A program made the position numbers and the translations under genes. Source: an uncultured Chthonomonadaceae bacterium (GTDB lineage Bacteria; Armatimonadota; Chthonomonadetes; Chthonomonadales; Chthonomonadaceae). Taken from it: a DNA stretch of 64,000 nucleotides. Each line of letters opens with the position of its first letter. Position 1 is the stretch's first letter. The stretch covers positions 640,001 to 704,000 of the forward strand of contig CAWFQB010000005.1 in assembly GCA_963817895.1 (NCBI GenBank), written 5' to 3'. The notes under the pieces are model-generated. The model worked only from the letters and a program-made list of their open reading frames with translations. It had not been told where the DNA came from and did not search any database. This document shows, piece after piece, positions 60,582 to 64,000 of the stretch.

Positions 60582-61929
60582 TTGGAACATCCAACGCCTG
60601 TGAAATCCGCCAGAACACGGGCGGAGGACAGTTTTGAGGCGGAGCAGGCGGGCGATTTGGCAGGCGCGGAGCCGTCGGCTTCCGCTTCTACGGAAAGCGG
60701 GGCCACGCCGTCCGCCCCGCTTTCCCTCTTGCCTTCTGCCATGCCGCAGGCGCAAATGCGCGGCAGTACGAACGTGTATACGCCCATGCCGTCCCGAGCC
60801 ATGTATCCGTTCGGGTGGTCGCGGGGGGATGTGAGCCGCGCCGCGACTGGTGTTTTTCACGATTCTGATTGGCGGGCTGTTTCTGTACCGCGTACAGGCG
60901 ATTTTGCCGCCTTTTCTGATCGCGTTCGGTCTGGCCGCGCTGCTCGACCCAACCTTGCGCTATAACGAACAGCGTGGGCGTTCGCGCGTGTACACCATTG
61001 CCCTGCTGTATTTTTTCACCCTGTGCTTGTTCGCCGTTACGGTACTGTGGGTAATACCCGCGCTGGTAAATCAGGTCACGGATGTCAGCCAGAATCTGAG
61101 CCACTATTACGATCACATTCAGCAGAGCGCGAACGAGTTCATGGGGCGCAATGTCCGCGCGCTCAATCTGCTGGGTATCAAACAGCACCGCGTCAGCGAC
61201 CTGCTCAACGCCAAATCGGGGCCGGTACAATCCAGTATCGCGGCGACATTGGGAAGCGTGAGCGGATTGGCGCAAGCCGCGCTGTCCAAAGTTCTGTGGC
61301 TGGTGATTATTCCCATTTCCAGTTTTTTCTTTATGCGCGACTTTCCCATACTCCGCGCTCGCCTGATTCTGCTGTTCCCGGAGCCGCATCACGCCCGTAT
61401 TCACCAACTCAGCCATGACATTGTGGATGTGTTTACCGCGTACCTGCGCGGGCTGGCGAAAATCTGTACGTTATACGCCTGCGTCGCGTGTCTAATGTTC
61501 ACGCTGCTGAACGTGCGCTACGCGCTGTTGCTGGGAATTTTAGGCGGCCTATTTTACGCGGTTCCCTATGTGGGCAATCTGCTGACGGCAACGGCTGCGG
61601 CCACAATCGCCTTTTTGATGGACGAGCATCGGGTCTTGTTCTGGAACGCGCCTGCCCACTCGCTGCCTTATGCAGTTGTCGTGGCCGTCTGCTGCATCGT
61701 GATGGCGAACGTCGTTTTCGATCAACTGGTGTATCCCCGCGTGGTCGGCGGCTCGGTCGGCCTGCATCCCGTCGTCAGCATCTTCTCCCTGATGGCGGGC
61801 GCAACCGTGTTCGGCGTATGGGGTATGCTGCTGGCGACACCCGTTGCCGCGTCCATCCAAATCGTGCTGATGTGCCTGTTCCCGAAACTGGCGCAAAAGC
61901 CGCCGGAAAAGTTGATGGTTGAGAGTTGA
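60582..61929 (+). CDS. AI-2E family transporter; start uncertain, probable indel near 60840
   Basis: PFLIAFGLAALLDP, AYLRG, VPYVG, PRVVGGSVGLHP, FGVWGMLLATPVAA. Confidence 0.85.
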
Positions 61930-62011
61930 GAGCCAATTTGATAGGAATTTTTATTCGCGTTTATTCGCGTTCATTCGCGGCTAATTTCTTAATTTATTCT
62001 GGAGGCGTGTG

Positions 62012-62770
62012 ATGCGATTGTCAGGCAAGGTGGCGCTGATTACGGGGGCGGGCGTGGGCATCGGGCGGGAAACCGCGCTTGTGTTCGCGCGCGCGGGCGC
62101 GTCTGTGGTTGTCGTGGATTTGAACGAGACGACGGGACAGGAAACCGTAGGCATGATTACGGCTGCGGGCGGCAGGGCCGTTTTCGCGCAGGCGGACGTG
62201 TCGCAGGAAGCCGCCGTTGTTGGCATGTTTGAACGGGCAAAGCAGGAGTACGGTAAACTTGATATTCTGTTCAACAACGCGGGAATCGTGAAGCAGGGGC
62301 GCGTGGAGGATAGCAGCTTGGAAGACTGGAACGCGCAGATCGGCACAACCCTGACCAGCGTATTTCTGGGCTGCAAACACGCCATTCCCCTGTTGCGCGA
62401 ACAGGGCGGGGGCGTGATTATCAACATGGCGTCGGTTGCCGGAATGATGGGCATTACCAACCGCGCTATTTATTCGGCTGCAAAGGGTGGCGTGATCGGC
62501 CTGACCCGCGCTGTCGCGCTGGACCACGCGACCGAAAAAATACGCTGCGTGTACCTTGCGCCCGCCACCATTGAAACGCCCTCCCTGACCGACCGCATCA
62601 ACGCCTCGCCCGATCCCGCTGAAGCCCGCAAAGCGTTTGAGGCGCGGCAGCCGATTGGCCGATTGGGCAAGCCCTCCGATGTCGCCAACGCCGCGCTGTA
62701 TCTGGCAAGCGACGAGGCGAGTTTCGTAACAGGCAGCGGCCTCGTCGTAGACGGTGGAATGGCCGTCTAA
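62012..62770 (+). CDS. SDR-family oxidoreductase
   Basis: TGAGVGIG, NNAG, S, YSAAK. Confidence 0.93.
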   Translation: MRLSGKVALITGAGVGIGRETALVFARAGASVVVVDLNETTGQETVGMITAAGGRAVFAQADVSQEAAVVGMFERAKQEYGKLDILFNNAGIVKQGRVEDSSLEDWNAQIGTTLTSVFLGCKHAIPLLREQGGGVIINMASVAGMMGITNRAIYSAAKGGVIGLTRAVALDHATEKIRCVYLAPATIETPSLTDRINASPDPAEARKAFEARQPIGRLGKPSDVANAALYLASDEASFVTGSGLVVDGGMAV

Positions 62771-62820
62771 TGATGTATACTGTAAGTACATCAATTCTAA
62801 TCTTACTATGAGGAGGCCGT

Positions 62821-63234
62821 ATGGCCGCATCTGTTCAACAACGCAAGGACATTGACCCGGAAGAGTTTCGCAAACTGCTCGAGGACGAGCGCGCGCAGCT
62901 AACGGATTTGCACCATCGGCAGCGCGCCGACATGGAAGAGGAGGCCCGTGACGTGGCGGAAAACGAACTCGCCACCGCAGACTTTAACGAACCCGCCGAC
63001 ATCGGGGCGCAACTGGCCGACCGTGACCGCGACAAGGCGCAGGATGTGGAAGTGAGGGCGCAGATCGCTGAAATAGATGCCGCGCTGGAGCGCATTGCTC
63101 AGGGAACCTACGGCATCTGTATCGTCACGGGCGAACCGATTCCCATCGAGCGCCTGCGCGACCTGCCTTGGGCGAGCATGACGGTGGAAGCGGCGGAAAA
63201 CACGCTGGACGTCGGCTATCCGACAGAAGGCTGA
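62821..63234 (+). CDS. TraR/DksA-family protein lacking three of four Zn ligands
   Basis: IDAALERI..GTYGICIVTGEPIPIERL..LPWASMT. Confidence 0.9.
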   Translation: MAASVQQRKDIDPEEFRKLLEDERAQLTDLHHRQRADMEEEARDVAENELATADFNEPADIGAQLADRDRDKAQDVEVRAQIAEIDAALERIAQGTYGICIVTGEPIPIERLRDLPWASMTVEAAENTLDVGYPTEG

Positions 63235-63249
63235 CACAGTGGCTGGTGG

Positions 63250-63819
63250 TTGGTTGATTTAGATGTAGGAATTATAACGTTGCAAACGAATTCTTCGACT
63301 GAAACCGTACTGGAGTCTGTAAGCGCGACACCGGAACAACACGCGCCGGTTCGGGCGTTACGCCCAATCTTGTTTTACCTGATTGTCGCCCTCGTGTTCG
63401 CGAGCGATCAACTCAGTAAATGGTGGGTGATGAAAACGCTCGGGGATGGCGGCGAAAAGCAGATTTTCGGCAACGCCTTTATGCTCACTCTGGCGCACAA
63501 CCGGGGCGGCGCGTGGGGGGTTATGCCGCAAAACGGCATCGTCTTCATTGTGTTCGCGGCTGTCGCCATTGTCGCGCTGATGGTCGCGTACCACCGGATG
63601 CCGCAGATCGAATTGTTTGTCGGCACGGCCTTTGCCCTCGCATTGGGCGGCGCGATGGGCAATCTGCTGGATCGCCTGCGCTTCGGTTCCGTCGTGGACT
63701 TTTTCAACGTCAACATCATTCACTGGCCGATTTTCAATGTCGCGGACTCGGCTATTACCATCGGTATTATCCTGCTGCTGCTGCATTTTGTCCGTTCGCC
63801 GAAGGAAGATACGAGATAG
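63250..63819 (+). CDS. lspA: Lipoprotein signal peptidase II
   Basis: DQLSK, NRGGAW, GGAMGNLLDR, VVDF, WPIFNVADSAI. Confidence 0.95.
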   Translation: MVDLDVGIITLQTNSSTETVLESVSATPEQHAPVRALRPILFYLIVALVFASDQLSKWWVMKTLGDGGEKQIFGNAFMLTLAHNRGGAWGVMPQNGIVFIVFAAVAIVALMVAYHRMPQIELFVGTAFALALGGAMGNLLDRLRFGSVVDFFNVNIIHWPIFNVADSAITIGIILLLLHFVRSPKEDTR

Positions 63820-63896
63820 GAGATACAAGATACGAGTAGGAAAGCCGCTGTGCAGTTACTCGTGTCTCGTATCTCCTATCTCGTATCTCGTATCTA
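63807..63896. repeat. Hairpin with (GAGATAC)n / (CGTATCT)n arms
   Basis: Left arm supplies the last codons and stop of lspA. Confidence 0.85.
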
Positions 63897-63900
63897 AACT

Positions 63901-64000
63901 ATGCACCCAATACTGTTTCACATTGGAAGATTGCCCGTGCGCTCGTATGGCGCATTAATCGTTATCGGCCTGATGCTCGGCATCTGGCGGGGGCTGCGCG
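63901..64000 (+). CDS. lgt: Prolipoprotein diacylglyceryl transferase, 5' part
   Basis: MHPILFHIGRLPVRSYGALIVIG, directly after lspA. Confidence 0.85.
   Translation, partial: MHPILFHIGRLPVRSYGALIVIGLMLGIWRGLR

Noticed and set aside
1266..63958. Numerous long antisense/overlapping ORFs in the track (e.g. 1632-2468, 14256-15425, 59606-60802)
   Set aside because: Shadow frames of GC-rich genes with no motifs or RBS

Overview
Bacterial chromosomal window with a moderately GC-rich backbone. Gene content (SARP-STAND-TPR regulator, PSD1/DUF1553 + DUF1501 pair, SLH-like protein, ytxH, dksA-like/lspA/lgt) suggests an Armatimonadota/PVC-like organism; this is inference only. Many genes, including mnmA, are split by 1-2 nt indels, most likely long-read errors. 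The backbone holds Mn-catalase, ssuD, aqpZ, msrB, S10 peptidase, SBP56, RNase HI, TMEM175, GH57, rnz, mnmA, cdd, lspA and lgt. The main accessory region is a TA/defence-like hotspot at about 35.1-46.1 kb. It carries PIN and AbrB/Doc TA pairs, a three-gene operon (HExxH zincin, catalytically degenerate HPRT-like protein, small protein; my best candidate for an undescribed system), XisH/XisI plus a collapsed XisH-XisI relic, two trypsin-like proteases, a HEPN-motif protein, two IS elements, an inverted pair of ~115-bp MITEs and a 42-bp direct repeat. A second theme is a family of hairpins with microsatellite arms (7-10 bp units) in many intergenic gaps. These also form a nested ~300-bp composite element present twice and are inserted in frame into several proteins. 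An ADP-ribosyltransferase-like toxin/partner pair lies at 11.1-11.9 kb. No tRNA, rRNA or CRISPR array was found.
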